64,000 nucleotides of DNA, from positions 186,001-250,000 of the IMG/VR virus record IMGVR_UViG_3300032288_004964; one strand, given 5' to 3'. Below, one piece after another: positions 1 to 9,919 of this stretch; position 1 is the stretch's first letter, and every line of letters begins with the position of its first letter. The notes below the pieces were generated by a model. That model saw nothing but the letters and a program-made list of their open reading frames with translations. It had not been told where the DNA came from and did no database searches. A program made the translations under genes and the position numbers.

Positions 1-1
1 T

Positions 2-2290
2 AATAATGATAACTTTGATTCTATTACTGGTAAAACAATAGATTTGACAGTAACTCCTGAATTACTTACTTGTAATGGTGGTACTCCAGATGTTGATATA
101 CAATATCTACAATCTAATAACACAGTAACTATTCATATACCAACTTCAATTACTTCATTTACTCCAACATCAGCTACTTTCTCAGGTACAACTGTTAGTG
201 TTGTGGGTAAAGGATTCTACGCCATTGATTCAGTAAAAATAGGTGGAGTTGAAGTTGCGACTTATTCACTTGATAGTTTTACTAATTTAAGTTTAGTTAC
301 AGGTACTGTTTCAGATGGTTCTGTTTCAATTACTGGTACTTATGGTTCAGCTTCCAAATCTGGATTTGAATGGGATGCTACCGTTAAGTTTAGTTATATT
401 GCCACTCCTTTAAATGTTTTACCAAATACTTGGACTGATTTATCGTCTTACTATAAAGATTTAGAAATTAAATCAGGCGTATCACTTGATACACTATATT
501 CAGTTTTATTTGATGGTAGTAATTCAGGATATGGAACTTCAAGTCAAATGACTGTAAAATACACAAATGGATTTACAATAGAAACTTGGGTTAATTTCTC
601 ATCATTAACATCTGCTAATTATATAATGCAGTTTGTTGATCAAGATTATACAAATACTAATCCAGATTTAACTCTACTTACTATTGATAATGATTTAAGA
701 ATTCAATCAAGTAATTCTGTTAGTTTTTCTACTAATATAACTGCTAATAAATTCATCAAGGCTGTTGTTACATATGATTCATCAAATGGTGAAACTAAAA
801 CATATATAAATGGTCAATTAACAAATACTAGTACACTTAATTTATCCACAAGCTATAAGAAAACAATTGGTAAACTTTTTGTTGGTAATATAGGATCTAA
901 TCAACCTATGAGAATAGGCATGTTAAACTTTGTAAATTATATACAAGATTCAACAACTATTCTTAATAATTATAACAATGAAAGAAACACTTATGATGAA
1001 GCTAAAGGAAGTTTCTTATTTAATTCATCAAGTAGTCAATACTTATCATCTAGCTCACCTGATTATGTAATTGGTACAAATAGCTTTACTTTAGAAGCAT
1101 TTGTTAAAACAACATCTCAAAGCGGTTATGATGGTGTGATTTCAATGTTAGATAACAATGCTCCATTTAATGGTGTTTCTATTAATATTTTTGATGGTAA
1201 TTTTGACTTCTATTCTAAAGGTGGTCAATATACTTCATATACTGCTTCTAATGATACATGGTACCATGTTGCTATAGCAAGAGATAATGGAACTATAAGT
1301 TATTTTGCTAATGGTAGATTGGTAGCTCAATACTCTGATTCTTATAATTATACTCTTCAAGATTTAGTTATAGGTAGATATTATACAGATCTTAATGACC
1401 ACTATATAGATGGTGTTATTGCACAACCTAGATTAACAATAGGCACTGCATTATATAATGGTACATTTAGTGTAACTCCTCCATTAACAAGCGGTTCTAA
1501 TACTAAATTATTATTATTAGATGCTTATAATAACCAATTATTAGATTCTTCTGGACTTACACACTCTGTTATCTCTAATAATAATGTTGGTTGGACAAGT
1601 AGTTTACCTTCAACTATAGGAAGTACTTATGTACAAGATGCTCTTCAGTTTTATGTAGATGCTTCATTAAATACATCTTATCCTGGTTCAGGTACAATTT
1701 GGTATGATATATCAGGAAACTCAAGAGATCTTTCTTGGGGTTATGGATTAACTTATGATTCTGCAAATGGTGGTAATATTCATTTTGATGGTACTAATAG
1801 AGCACTAAGTGGTTCTAACTATACAATTAACTTCTCTAATGGAATTACGGTTGAGGCGGTTGCTAAATATCATTCAGGTTTTTATGGTGGTGTATTTGCA
1901 TTCAATGGTGGTGGTGACTATATTAATGTTCAATTTATGTCTTCTGGTACACAACTTAGATTTGAGCTTGATGCGGGTCAATCCTTATACACAACTGGAG
2001 TCTCTCCTGATAATTGGTACCATATAATGTGTGTTTATGAAGGCGCTTCCAATGGTGGTAGTGCTACTGCTAGAATTTACATAAATGGAGTTCAAACTAC
2101 TTATACTACCTTATCTGCTAGTAGAAGTTATGGTAGTGTAAGTGGTGATCAAAATTCTCCTATCTATTTAGGTCTTCACGATGGTTATTTAAATGGTAAT
2201 ATTGGACTTTCAAGATTCTATAATAGAGCATTAAATTCTTCAGAAGTTCTACAAAACTTTAACTCATCAAAAGATAGATTTGGTTTATAA
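2..2290 (+). CDS. Virion structural/adhesin-like protein with an IPT/TIG-like segment and three LamG (concanavalin A-like) domains; 5' end truncated by the window
   Basis: Frame is open from position 2, so the TTG at 44 is not a real start; LamG hallmarks FTIETWVN, FTLEAFVK...WYHVAIAR, WYHIMCVY...RIYING, SRFYNRAL. Confidence 0.75.
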   Translation, partial: NNDNFDSITGKTIDLTVTPELLTCNGGTPDVDIQYLQSNNTVTIHIPTSITSFTPTSATFSGTTVSVVGKGFYAIDSVKIGGVEVATYSLDSFTNLSLVTGTVSDGSVSITGTYGSASKSGFEWDATVKFSYIATPLNVLPNTWTDLSSYYKDLEIKSGVSLDTLYSVLFDGSNSGYGTSSQMTVKYTNGFTIETWVNFSSLTSANYIMQFVDQDYTNTNPDLTLLTIDNDLRIQSSNSVSFSTNITANKFIKAVVTYDSSNGETKTYINGQLTNTSTLNLSTSYKKTIGKLFVGNIGSNQPMRIGMLNFVNYIQDSTTILNNYNNERNTYDEAKGSFLFNSSSSQYLSSSSPDYVIGTNSFTLEAFVKTTSQSGYDGVISMLDNNAPFNGVSINIFDGNFDFYSKGGQYTSYTASNDTWYHVAIARDNGTISYFANGRLVAQYSDSYNYTLQDLVIGRYYTDLNDHYIDGVIAQPRLTIGTALYNGTFSVTPPLTSGSNTKLLLLDAYNNQLLDSSGLTHSVISNNNVGWTSSLPSTIGSTYVQDALQFYVDASLNTSYPGSGTIWYDISGNSRDLSWGYGLTYDSANGGNIHFDGTNRALSGSNYTINFSNGITVEAVAKYHSGFYGGVFAFNGGGDYINVQFMSSGTQLRFELDAGQSLYTTGVSPDNWYHIMCVYEGASNGGSATARIYINGVQTTYTTLSASRSYGSVSGDQNSPIYLGLHDGYLNGNIGLSRFYNRALNSSEVLQNFNSSKDRFGL

Positions 2291-2307
2291 TTTTTAATAT
2301 ATAAACT

Positions 2308-3252
2308 ATGATTAAAAGATACTTTGAGTTTATAAAAGAAGATTTTAGTGGTTTTAATTCACTTGGTGAATGGGTTGAGTCTCTTATAGAAGATCAATAT
2401 GTTAAAAATATAATTAACCGTTATACACAAGATATTGATCCAGAGATTGAATTATCTAATGCTATTAACATTTTAGACAAAAGAATTCAAAATGAAATCA
2501 AAACTCAAATTGAAAACTATTTACAAAATGGTATTGATGAAAAAGAACCTGAAGTTTTAGCTTCTACTGATTTAGATATACTAACTGAATCTGCTGGTAA
2601 AGGTATATTTACTTCTTTTCTAAAAGCATTAACTGCTTTAGGTCAAAAAGAAACAAATCCTAATTGGGAAAAATGTCCTGATAACTTCTTATTATTTTAT
2701 TATTATCCTAATTTAGATGCTACTATTGTTAAACAAATATTCACAAGATTTAAATCACTTTCAATGTATTTAGATACTATTGACTATGGTAAAAATGAAG
2801 TTAATTTATACTTTGGATTAAAGTCAGATGGTGTATTTGAATATGGTATAGGTTATGATAACTTAACACCAATAGGTCAATTTAAAATAAATCAATCTAT
2901 TATTAAATGGATGTTAAGTTTAGAATCTAAATCAGCTCACTCATTAAAGAAAGAGTTAGTTAATTTGACTTTGGTTGATATTTTAACTTTAAGTAAAATT
3001 AAATCTGATATGAAAGAGTTTAATCCGGGATATCATGAAAAGAAAGGTCAAGTAATTATTAAAGATAGAATAATATCTTTTGCTTGGTATGGTGTTGGTA
3101 AATGGGATAATGGTAAGTTAGATGAAGGTGAGTTAATGAATATTAAAAACAATTTTACAAACTTTGTTTTAAGTAAGAAATGGGGAGAGAAAATATTAAT
3201 TTCTATAAAACCATCAAGCTTTTGGCTTAATATACACATCAAATTAAAGTAA
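2308..3252 (+). CDS. Hypothetical phage protein with capsid-targeting-like N-terminus (MIKRYFEFIKE)
   Basis: 314-aa ORF preceded by TAATATATA at 2295-2303. Confidence 0.6.
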   Translation: MIKRYFEFIKEDFSGFNSLGEWVESLIEDQYVKNIINRYTQDIDPEIELSNAINILDKRIQNEIKTQIENYLQNGIDEKEPEVLASTDLDILTESAGKGIFTSFLKALTALGQKETNPNWEKCPDNFLLFYYYPNLDATIVKQIFTRFKSLSMYLDTIDYGKNEVNLYFGLKSDGVFEYGIGYDNLTPIGQFKINQSIIKWMLSLESKSAHSLKKELVNLTLVDILTLSKIKSDMKEFNPGYHEKKGQVIIKDRIISFAWYGVGKWDNGKLDEGELMNIKNNFTNFVLSKKWGEKILISIKPSSFWLNIHIKLK

Positions 3253-3253
3253 T

Positions 3254-3997
3254 ATGAAAATTAAAAACTATAAACTATTCTTAGAATCAAATGAATTTGA
3301 TTTTGAATTTTTAGCAAATATTGGTAAAATGAAAGAAGCTATTCTTAAAATAGTCCAACTTCACGAACAAAAATGTTATGGTGATAATAAACTATCATCT
3401 TACGAAAGATTCAAAATTTCATTAAATGATCTAATAGATAGCGCTGTTAAAGGTGAATTTACAATTACTGAAGATTACTTATCTGTAATTAATTTATTCG
3501 AAAAAGAAGTTTATGGTAGGAGTTTACTAAATTCTTATGAGGAATCTATGTTTAGTCATATAGATGACTTAATATCTTGTTTTAATAGCTTATTAGATAA
3601 CAAGGAAAGAGATGAAGAAGATATTATGAGATTAGGTAAAGAAGCTGATCATTATTTAAATAAAATGGATGATACTTGGATTTATAGTTCAGAAGAATCT
3701 GATGATAGTGGTTCTGAAATTAATACTGATGGTATTGATGATGTTATTACCGGTTTGGAAGATAGATTATCTGAAGATGTTGATGATATGTGGACTTCTG
3801 AAGAAGATTTTGAAAAAGATATCGAAGGATATATTGGTAAAAAGATGGAAGATTTTGACTATTCTGAAAAACTTCAAGCTTATAAATATATTGAGAACAA
3901 ACAATGGGTAAAAAATATACTTGAAGGTGGTTCTCAAAAAGATAAAGATTTTGTTAATAATTTTCTTTCAGAAATGAAAGATTTATTTGAGCTATAA
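3254..3997 (+). CDS. Acidic hypothetical protein, putative head-internal protein (MKIKNYKLFLES)
   Basis: 247-aa ORF; N-terminal motif shared with several other ORFs in the window. Confidence 0.55.
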   Translation: MKIKNYKLFLESNEFDFEFLANIGKMKEAILKIVQLHEQKCYGDNKLSSYERFKISLNDLIDSAVKGEFTITEDYLSVINLFEKEVYGRSLLNSYEESMFSHIDDLISCFNSLLDNKERDEEDIMRLGKEADHYLNKMDDTWIYSSEESDDSGSEINTDGIDDVITGLEDRLSEDVDDMWTSEEDFEKDIEGYIGKKMEDFDYSEKLQAYKYIENKQWVKNILEGGSQKDKDFVNNFLSEMKDLFEL

Positions 3998-4012
3998 TTT
4001 AATATATACATT

Positions 4013-4237
4013 ATGAAATACTTAAAGAAATACAATGAATCTAATAGTTCAAAAATTGAAGAAATTGAATTAAAAATTCAAGACGCTGCTTATAGTTTGA
4101 AAACATTTGGAACTATGACTAAACAAGCATCATTTATAAACGGTGCTAAATGGGCTATTCACAATCTAACAGATGAAGAAATAAAACATTTAAGAGAAAA
4201 CTCGGATCCTGATGATCATAGTTTCTTTGGACTATAA
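4013..4237 (+). CDS. Small hypothetical protein, putative head-internal protein (MKYLKKYNE)
   Basis: 74-aa ORF; promoter-like motif plus first codons duplicated with the next gene. Confidence 0.6.
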   Translation: MKYLKKYNESNSSKIEEIELKIQDAAYSLKTFGTMTKQASFINGAKWAIHNLTDEEIKHLRENSDPDDHSFFGL

Positions 4238-4251
4238 TTAATATATACATT

Positions 4252-4563
4252 ATGAAATACTTAAAGAAATATAATGAGAATCAAGAACAACAAGATCCTA
4301 CCTTTGCTATTGCTAAAATTAAAGAAGAATATCCTGTTGCTAATGTAAAGGATATGTTAGAAAAAGAAATTAAAATGTGGGAACCTGAAGAATCGGATCC
4401 TGACTTTTATTCTACTTCAGGAAATGGTGAAGCAGAAGATGTTATTATCAATCAAATGATAGGTTGGTTTGAGAAAAAGTATTATTCTTTATCTGATGAA
4501 AACTTTGAAAGTGTAAAGGAACTGATTCTAAAAGAGTATGAATTCTTAAACTTTAACTACTAA
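4252..4563 (+). CDS. Small hypothetical protein, putative head-internal protein (MKYLKKYNE)
   Basis: 103-aa ORF; same first 9 aa as the preceding gene. Confidence 0.6.
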   Translation: MKYLKKYNENQEQQDPTFAIAKIKEEYPVANVKDMLEKEIKMWEPEESDPDFYSTSGNGEAEDVIINQMIGWFEKKYYSLSDENFESVKELILKEYEFLNFNY

Positions 4564-4573
4564 ACTAAAAACT

Positions 4574-4609
4574 AAAACTTTTCTATAATAAGAAAAGTTT
4601 TTTTGTTTT
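4574..4609 (+). terminator. Probable intrinsic terminator
   Basis: AAAACTTTTCT-ATAATA-AGAAAAGTTTT inverted repeat followed by TTTGTTTT; the stem is AT-rich. Confidence 0.5.
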
Positions 4610-5029
4610 ATGAATAAACCAAATAAAGAAGAAATAATGAAAAAATGGGCCAAGGCTTTAGGGTCTATTGAAGAAACTAAATCAGAAGAGTTTCCAAGTT
4701 TACTACCAATAGCTATGAAAGTATCCTCTAAACTAATATCAAATGATTTAATATTTGCTTCAAAAGAAGAAATTGATGCTGTAAAAAGTAGAGTACAATC
4801 TGATAACCGTGATGGTAAAATTGAAGCTATTATAGAAGATAAAGAATTTACGGAAAAGAAGTTAGAAGATGATGAAGAATATAAAGAGTTGATGAAAAAA
4901 GGAGTTACTCCAATGTCTGCCCCATCAGGTACTTTATTCTATTTAGATTATAAATATGGTGATGATTTACCTAAACCACACAAGAAAACAAGAAGAAGTA
5001 AAAAGAAGAAATCAAATGGGAGTATTTAA
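4610..5029 (+). CDS. Short protein resembling a fragment of a T4 gp23-like major capsid protein
   Basis: LLPIAMKV...ISNDL and PMSAPSGTLFYLDYKY resemble the N-terminal conserved block of gp23-type capsid proteins; only 139 aa. Confidence 0.5.
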   Translation: MNKPNKEEIMKKWAKALGSIEETKSEEFPSLLPIAMKVSSKLISNDLIFASKEEIDAVKSRVQSDNRDGKIEAIIEDKEFTEKKLEDDEEYKELMKKGVTPMSAPSGTLFYLDYKYGDDLPKPHKKTRRSKKKKSNGSI

Positions 5030-5198
5030 GAGTCCTGGTGTTTTTGTTAAAGAGGTAGATATATCTATTGTTAGACCTAATTTTTCTAAAAGATATTCAA
5101 GAAAAATAAAAATAGGTAAAATATTTGGAATAGATGTTCCTAATGTTATTATAACCTCTACACCAAAAGGACCAAACAACTTTCCACAAATCTGGTAG
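5016..5198 (+). CDS. Small protein with a tail-sheath-like N-terminus
   Basis: Likely start ATG 5016; MGVFKSPGVFVKEVDIS matches the SPGVxVxExDxS start typical of gp18-type sheath proteins; only 60 aa. Confidence 0.5.
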   Translation: MGVFKSPGVFVKEVDISIVRPNFSKRYSRKIKIGKIFGIDVPNVIITSTPKGPNNFPQIW

Positions 5199-5226
5199 GG
5201 AATCATGATGACAGAATATATACTCC

Positions 5227-5559
5227 ATGTATTTTGTCTATTTAATATGTGCTGAAATTGGAGGTGAAAGAGTTCATAAGATTGGTTATACCAGGAGAAC
5301 ACCAGAACAAAGAATTAAAGAGTTTAAGACTGGTAACGCATCTGATTTTTTTATTGTAGATTCATTTAAGTCTAAATGGGGTACTAAAATAGAAGCTAGT
5401 TTACACCGTTTATATAGAACAAAAAAGATAAATGGTGAGTGGTTTCTTTTAAATGAAGAAGAAATCAAGGATTTCAAACCACAATGTGAATTGTTACATA
5501 GAAATTTTGAAGCAATATCAACTCTGAATACCTACTACATAGATAGAGGTCACTTCTAA
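5227..5559 (+). CDS. GIY-YIG-superfamily (T5orf172-like) nuclease domain protein
   Basis: YFVYLI...HKIGYT..PEQRIKEF..GN...EASLH...NGEWF motif pattern. Confidence 0.75.
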   Translation: MYFVYLICAEIGGERVHKIGYTRRTPEQRIKEFKTGNASDFFIVDSFKSKWGTKIEASLHRLYRTKKINGEWFLLNEEEIKDFKPQCELLHRNFEAISTLNTYYIDRGHF

Positions 5560-5604
5560 ACAAATCATATATTTAATATATAAATAAAAAATAAACTTTC
5601 GAAT

Positions 5605-5877
5605 ATGAGCTCAATGAAAGAAATGGCAATCAGAGAATATGTATCTAATATTGATTTTAGCCATGATGATTGGAAACTATCAAAGATAAAAGAAGACATG
5701 AGAAGATTCTTAGGTGAAGAACCAGGAATTGAAGTTGTTTATAAAAAAGATGTAATGTTGAATGAGGTATCAGGAGAAGCAAAGGAATTTGTTGATGTTG
5801 ATAAGATTCAAATTATATTCACTGATACAGATGATAAATTCAAGAAATTAGAATTTATTGTTGGTCAAAAACTTTAA
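5605..5877 (+). CDS. Hypothetical protein
   Basis: 90-aa ORF after TAATATATA at 5574-5582. Confidence 0.6.
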   Translation: MSSMKEMAIREYVSNIDFSHDDWKLSKIKEDMRRFLGEEPGIEVVYKKDVMLNEVSGEAKEFVDVDKIQIIFTDTDDKFKKLEFIVGQKL

Positions 5878-5878
5878 T

Positions 5879-6091
5879 ATGAAAGTAGATAACTATTACT
5901 TAGATCTTAAAAAAGTATCTGAGATAAAAGACAAACAAGAAAGAGAGCAAATTCACTCTTATTACCGTGATATGTTACATTGTAACTTTGATGGTAGAAC
6001 CGAAATGGCTCAATCTTATATGAACACTCTTTTGAAATCTGGATATTTAGTTGATATAAGAAATGAAAAAATAGACCAAATTCTAAGCTAA
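5879..6091 (+). CDS. Small hypothetical protein with C-terminal RNEKIDQIL motif
   Basis: ATG at 5879 follows the previous stop; tightly coupled to the next gene. Confidence 0.55.
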   Translation: MKVDNYYLDLKKVSEIKDKQEREQIHSYYRDMLHCNFDGRTEMAQSYMNTLLKSGYLVDIRNEKIDQILS

Positions 6092-6447
6092 TGACTATAC
6101 AAACATCAATATTAGATTACATGGGAAAAATTGAACAAAGTATCTTTGTTTTAGTTTCTTTTGTTTATAATGATAAGTATTATGAAGGTATTTTTGTTTA
6201 TACAAATGAACAAATAATGCTTAATGTTGATGATGAATTAGAAGAAGTCTTAGGATGCACAATCAAGAAGCATAAGGAATATGAGGATATATTAAGATTC
6301 CTAATTAAAAATGTAGTTCCTTGGAGTGAAATGATAAATAGAATAGATGATATTGATTTATCAGTATATGAGCCGGTAACATCAGAAACGGTAGTTTTAG
6401 CTCAAGATATAGATAGTGACCAAATTACCTCAGCCACACAATCATAA
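6091..6447 (+). CDS. Hypothetical protein
   Basis: 118-aa ORF, stop/start overlap with the upstream gene. Confidence 0.6.
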   Translation: MTIQTSILDYMGKIEQSIFVLVSFVYNDKYYEGIFVYTNEQIMLNVDDELEEVLGCTIKKHKEYEDILRFLIKNVVPWSEMINRIDDIDLSVYEPVTSETVVLAQDIDSDQITSATQS

Positions 6448-6500
6448 TTACTAAACTTAAACTGGTTATTTCTATATAAAAATAAAAATAATCAATATTA

Positions 6501-8240
6501 ATGTTAATTAATGAACTAGGAATCAGAGGATTCAAAAGTTATGGCAATAACGAACAAATTTTAAAACTAAATACAGAAAGGGGGGAATTAATTCTCCTTG
6601 TTGGTAATAATGGTGCTGGTAAATCATCACTATTAGATTCATTTGATTATACAATTTACGGTAAAGTAAGAGGCCGTAAAAAAAGATGGGCTACACTTTC
6701 TACTCTGCCAAACCGTATAAACGGTGAACTATTAAATCGCATTAAATTTATTTCTAATGGAACTGAAGTTGAAATTAAAAGAGGTATATCTCCTAGTGTA
6801 TTAGAACTTTGGGAAAATGGAATTCTAAATGAAAGAGCCGGTAAATCTAATATAGATGAAAAGATTGAAGGATATGTTGGAATGGATATAGAAACATTCA
6901 AATCCTTTATCTCAATGTCAATAAATGATTTCAAAAATTTTATTTCACTTTCAAATGAAGAAAAACAATTACTACTTGATAAGTTATTTAACTTAGAAGT
7001 AATTAACATTCTTAACAATATCCTAAAAGATATTAACAAGAATAATAAAATCAGAATGGCTTCTCTGGATTCTGAAATCAGAACTTTAGATGATTCTATT
7101 GCTTCTATTAAAAGATCCATAGATAAAGCTATTGAAAGAGAAAAAGAAGAAGCTAGATTAGCAGCAGAAAGAGAAAAAGAAGATATTCAATCTGAAATTG
7201 ATAAGTTAGTTGAGGAAATGAACTCTAAAAAAGATGATTATAAAAGTCTTAAAGATAAGATGGATAAAATCAAAGAAAAAGAGAATGAACTCAATGAAGA
7301 GATTGATAAAGAAAAGAAGCAATATATCAATTGTCAAAATGATATTAAAAATGTTCAAAGAGAATTAGATTTATATGATTCTGGTAAATGTCCTACTTGT
7401 AAAACTGATTTTGATTCAGAACACTTTTCTAATTTAAGAACCGCTTTAGAAGAAAAGAAAAAAGGATTTGAAGATATTAAACTTGAAATTGAAGAGAATA
7501 TTAAAAAAGTTAAAGAAAGACAAGTTAAGTTAAAAACACTTTCTGAAAGCACAACAACTGCTTTTAATGATTTAAGTTATTTATTGAAAAATTACAAATC
7601 AGATATTGATAAGTTAACACAAAAGAAAGCTAATCAATCTGCTCAACCTGTTACAAAATCATCTGTTAATGTTCAAGAGTTTCAAAATACAATTACTGAA
7701 CTTGAAGATAAAAAAACAATTAGCTCAGATAGTGTTACTGTTTGTAAAGAGAAAGAACTTTACTACAAGGAAATGAATAGAATATTTGGTGAAGATGGTG
7801 TTAAAAAATCAATTATTGCTGGTATTATTAAACCAATCAACCACTTTATTTCCGAGAATATTAAGAAGATGGGTCTTAACTTTGAAGTTAAGTTAGATGA
7901 AACATTCACCGCTGAAATTAGACAATTAGGTTCAGTTATTGAACATGATTCTTTATCAACTGGAGAAACTAAAAAGATAAATATTGGCATCTTAATTGCT
8001 TACTTAAAATTAATTAGAACTAAGCGTCATATCAACATACTTTTCTTAGATGAGGTTTTCTCTTCAATTGACATAGAAGGTATAGATTCTATTTTGGCTC
8101 TCTTAAAATCATTTGCAAATGATTATAACATCAATATATTTGTTGTTCATCATGCTATTTTGAATCAAGAAATGTTTGATAGAATTCTGAAAATTAATAA
8201 AGAGGTTTTTTCTTCCATAGAGGAAGTTGTTTATGAATAA
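6501..8240 (+). CDS. Rad50/SbcC/T4 gp46-like recombination ATPase
   Basis: Walker A GNNGAGKSS, coiled coils with Zn-hook CPTC, signature LSTGE, Walker B LFLDEVFS and D-loop. Confidence 0.9.
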   Translation: MLINELGIRGFKSYGNNEQILKLNTERGELILLVGNNGAGKSSLLDSFDYTIYGKVRGRKKRWATLSTLPNRINGELLNRIKFISNGTEVEIKRGISPSVLELWENGILNERAGKSNIDEKIEGYVGMDIETFKSFISMSINDFKNFISLSNEEKQLLLDKLFNLEVINILNNILKDINKNNKIRMASLDSEIRTLDDSIASIKRSIDKAIEREKEEARLAAEREKEDIQSEIDKLVEEMNSKKDDYKSLKDKMDKIKEKENELNEEIDKEKKQYINCQNDIKNVQRELDLYDSGKCPTCKTDFDSEHFSNLRTALEEKKKGFEDIKLEIEENIKKVKERQVKLKTLSESTTTAFNDLSYLLKNYKSDIDKLTQKKANQSAQPVTKSSVNVQEFQNTITELEDKKTISSDSVTVCKEKELYYKEMNRIFGEDGVKKSIIAGIIKPINHFISENIKKMGLNFEVKLDETFTAEIRQLGSVIEHDSLSTGETKKINIGILIAYLKLIRTKRHINILFLDEVFSSIDIEGIDSILALLKSFANDYNINIFVVHHAILNQEMFDRILKINKEVFSSIEEVVYE

Positions 8241-8529
8241 GATAGATGAATTATTAATAGAAATGTTTGAATCTAAAAGATTGAAAAGTGAGGCTATAAG
8301 ATATCAGAAATATGAAGATGCTGCCTCTGCTAGAGATAAAGAAAGACAATTATCAGAACAGTTATATAAACTTATTATAGGAAGAGATGATGTTGGATTT
8401 ATTAAATGGGTTGAATGTGAGAAGGCGGTAGATGATTATTGTAAAGAAAAATATGGATTTTCATATATTGATTCTGATTCATTGGTTCAATTAAAAAGAC
8501 AAATTGCCCTTAAGAATTTAGGTATTTAA
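8233..8529 (+). CDS. UVR (UvrB/C-motif) domain small protein
   Basis: KSEAIRYQKYEDAASARDKERQL resembles the UVR coiled-coil motif. Confidence 0.5.
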   Translation: MNKIDELLIEMFESKRLKSEAIRYQKYEDAASARDKERQLSEQLYKLIIGRDDVGFIKWVECEKAVDDYCKEKYGFSYIDSDSLVQLKRQIALKNLGI

Positions 8530-8553
8530 TATATAAACAAAATTAAATCAAAT

Positions 8554-9246
8554 ATGAAATTAAAATTCACATTACTATTTTCACTAATTAGTTTATTAAG
8601 TTTTTCACAAGTAGACACAGTTACAATTAAACATTCAGGTTACACAACTCTTTGGAGTTCAACTTTAGATTATCCACTTATGGTTCAATGGTGGGACACA
8701 AAGTTAAGATGTGATTGTAATAGAATACCAAGAAAAGATGATTTTGGACCAGATCCGGCTTTGGTAAAACAAACAGATATTCAAAGTGAATATGATTCTG
8801 CTAATAAAACGGAAAAAGCTAAAGGTCTTAAAGGATTCGATAGAGGTCATATGACACCAGCGGCTGATAATCAATGTCCTTTAGTAAACAATGGTAAAAA
8901 AATTACTGCTGAAAAGTTACAAGAAGAGTGTTTTTATTTCACAAATATGGCTCCTCAATATCACTCATTAAATGCTGGTGATTGGAAAAAGCTAGAAGAA
9001 AGAACAAGAGAATTAACAACAACATATGATTCAGTTTATGTTTGGTGTGGTTCTGTGGGAACTAAAATGACAATTGATGGATTACATATTCCTACTAAAT
9101 GTTGGAAAGTTATTTACATTAAGAAAACTAAAACTTATGAATGTTATATCTTTAATAACACACCAGATAAACCAGTTGGTTTAGACAAGTGGAAAGTTAG
9201 AAAAGAGGAAGTTGAAAAATTAACAGGGTTTAAACTCAACTTATAA
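8554..9246 (+). CDS. Exported DNA/RNA non-specific endonuclease (NucA/EndoG family)
   Basis: N-terminal signal-like peptide; catalytic DRGH motif, FYFTNMAPQ...LNAGDWKKLE and IPTKCWKV motifs. Confidence 0.85.
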   Translation: MKLKFTLLFSLISLLSFSQVDTVTIKHSGYTTLWSSTLDYPLMVQWWDTKLRCDCNRIPRKDDFGPDPALVKQTDIQSEYDSANKTEKAKGLKGFDRGHMTPAADNQCPLVNNGKKITAEKLQEECFYFTNMAPQYHSLNAGDWKKLEERTRELTTTYDSVYVWCGSVGTKMTIDGLHIPTKCWKVIYIKKTKTYECYIFNNTPDKPVGLDKWKVRKEEVEKLTGFKLNL

Positions 9247-9268
9247 TTAACTTATTCATAAAATTAAA

Positions 9269-9496
9269 ATGAAAGCAAATATCCTAAATAATGTAATTGT
9301 GACTGGATCTGGAATTGCAATTGACAATTCTTCTGGATCAATAAATGTATCAATGAATTCTGATTTAATTCAGTTTCAGGAACTTATTTTAGCGGCACTT
9401 GGTGTTGACATCACATATGAGCAATTTTGTTCAATGTCAAATGATGAAAGAAAATCATTAATCAGAGATATAAAAATAAATAGAATATTATGTTAA
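9269..9496 (+). CDS. Small hypothetical protein with C-terminal RDIKINRIL motif
   Basis: 75-aa ORF. Confidence 0.5.
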   Translation: MKANILNNVIVTGSGIAIDNSSGSINVSMNSDLIQFQELILAALGVDITYEQFCSMSNDERKSLIRDIKINRILC

Positions 9497-9681
9497 TAAT
9501 AGAAGTTAATGAAAAGCAACCAATTGAGAAAGCTCTTAAAAAGTATAAGAAGAAATTTGACAAAATTAAAATTCTTAGAGAACTTAGAAACAGAAAAGAG
9601 TTTACTAAAAAATCTGTCAATAAAAGAGAGAAACTTAAAAAGGCTATTTATTTACAAAAGAAGTTTGGCAATAATGAGTAA
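9490..9681 (+). CDS. rpsU: 30S ribosomal protein bS21 (phage-encoded)
   Basis: MLIIEV..IEKALKKYKKKF...LRELRNRKEFTKKSV matches the Bacteroidota-type S21 pattern. Confidence 0.85.
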   Translation: MLIIEVNEKQPIEKALKKYKKKFDKIKILRELRNRKEFTKKSVNKREKLKKAIYLQKKFGNNE

Positions 9682-9919
9682 AGAATATATTGATATACCA
9701 CAATCACACTTATCAATGTGTTGTCCTAAATGTGGTTCTGAAAATGTCAAAAGAAGATTTATTGTATCTGTATCTAATTATGGACATTTACCAAATAAAA
9801 AACCAGTAGATATTTGTAGTGATTGTAGGTTCGAATCTATTGAATCCTTTACAGATATAAATTTTAGAAATAATAGAAATAAAAAAATTGAACAAATATT
9901 AAAAGAAGATGGGATTTAA
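9674..9919 (+). CDS. Small Zn-ribbon protein with C-terminal RNKKIEQIL motif
   Basis: Likely start ATG 9674 overlapping the rpsU end; CPKCGS...CSDC. Confidence 0.55.
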   Translation: MSKEYIDIPQSHLSMCCPKCGSENVKRRFIVSVSNYGHLPNKKPVDICSDCRFESIESFTDINFRNNRNKKIEQILKEDGI

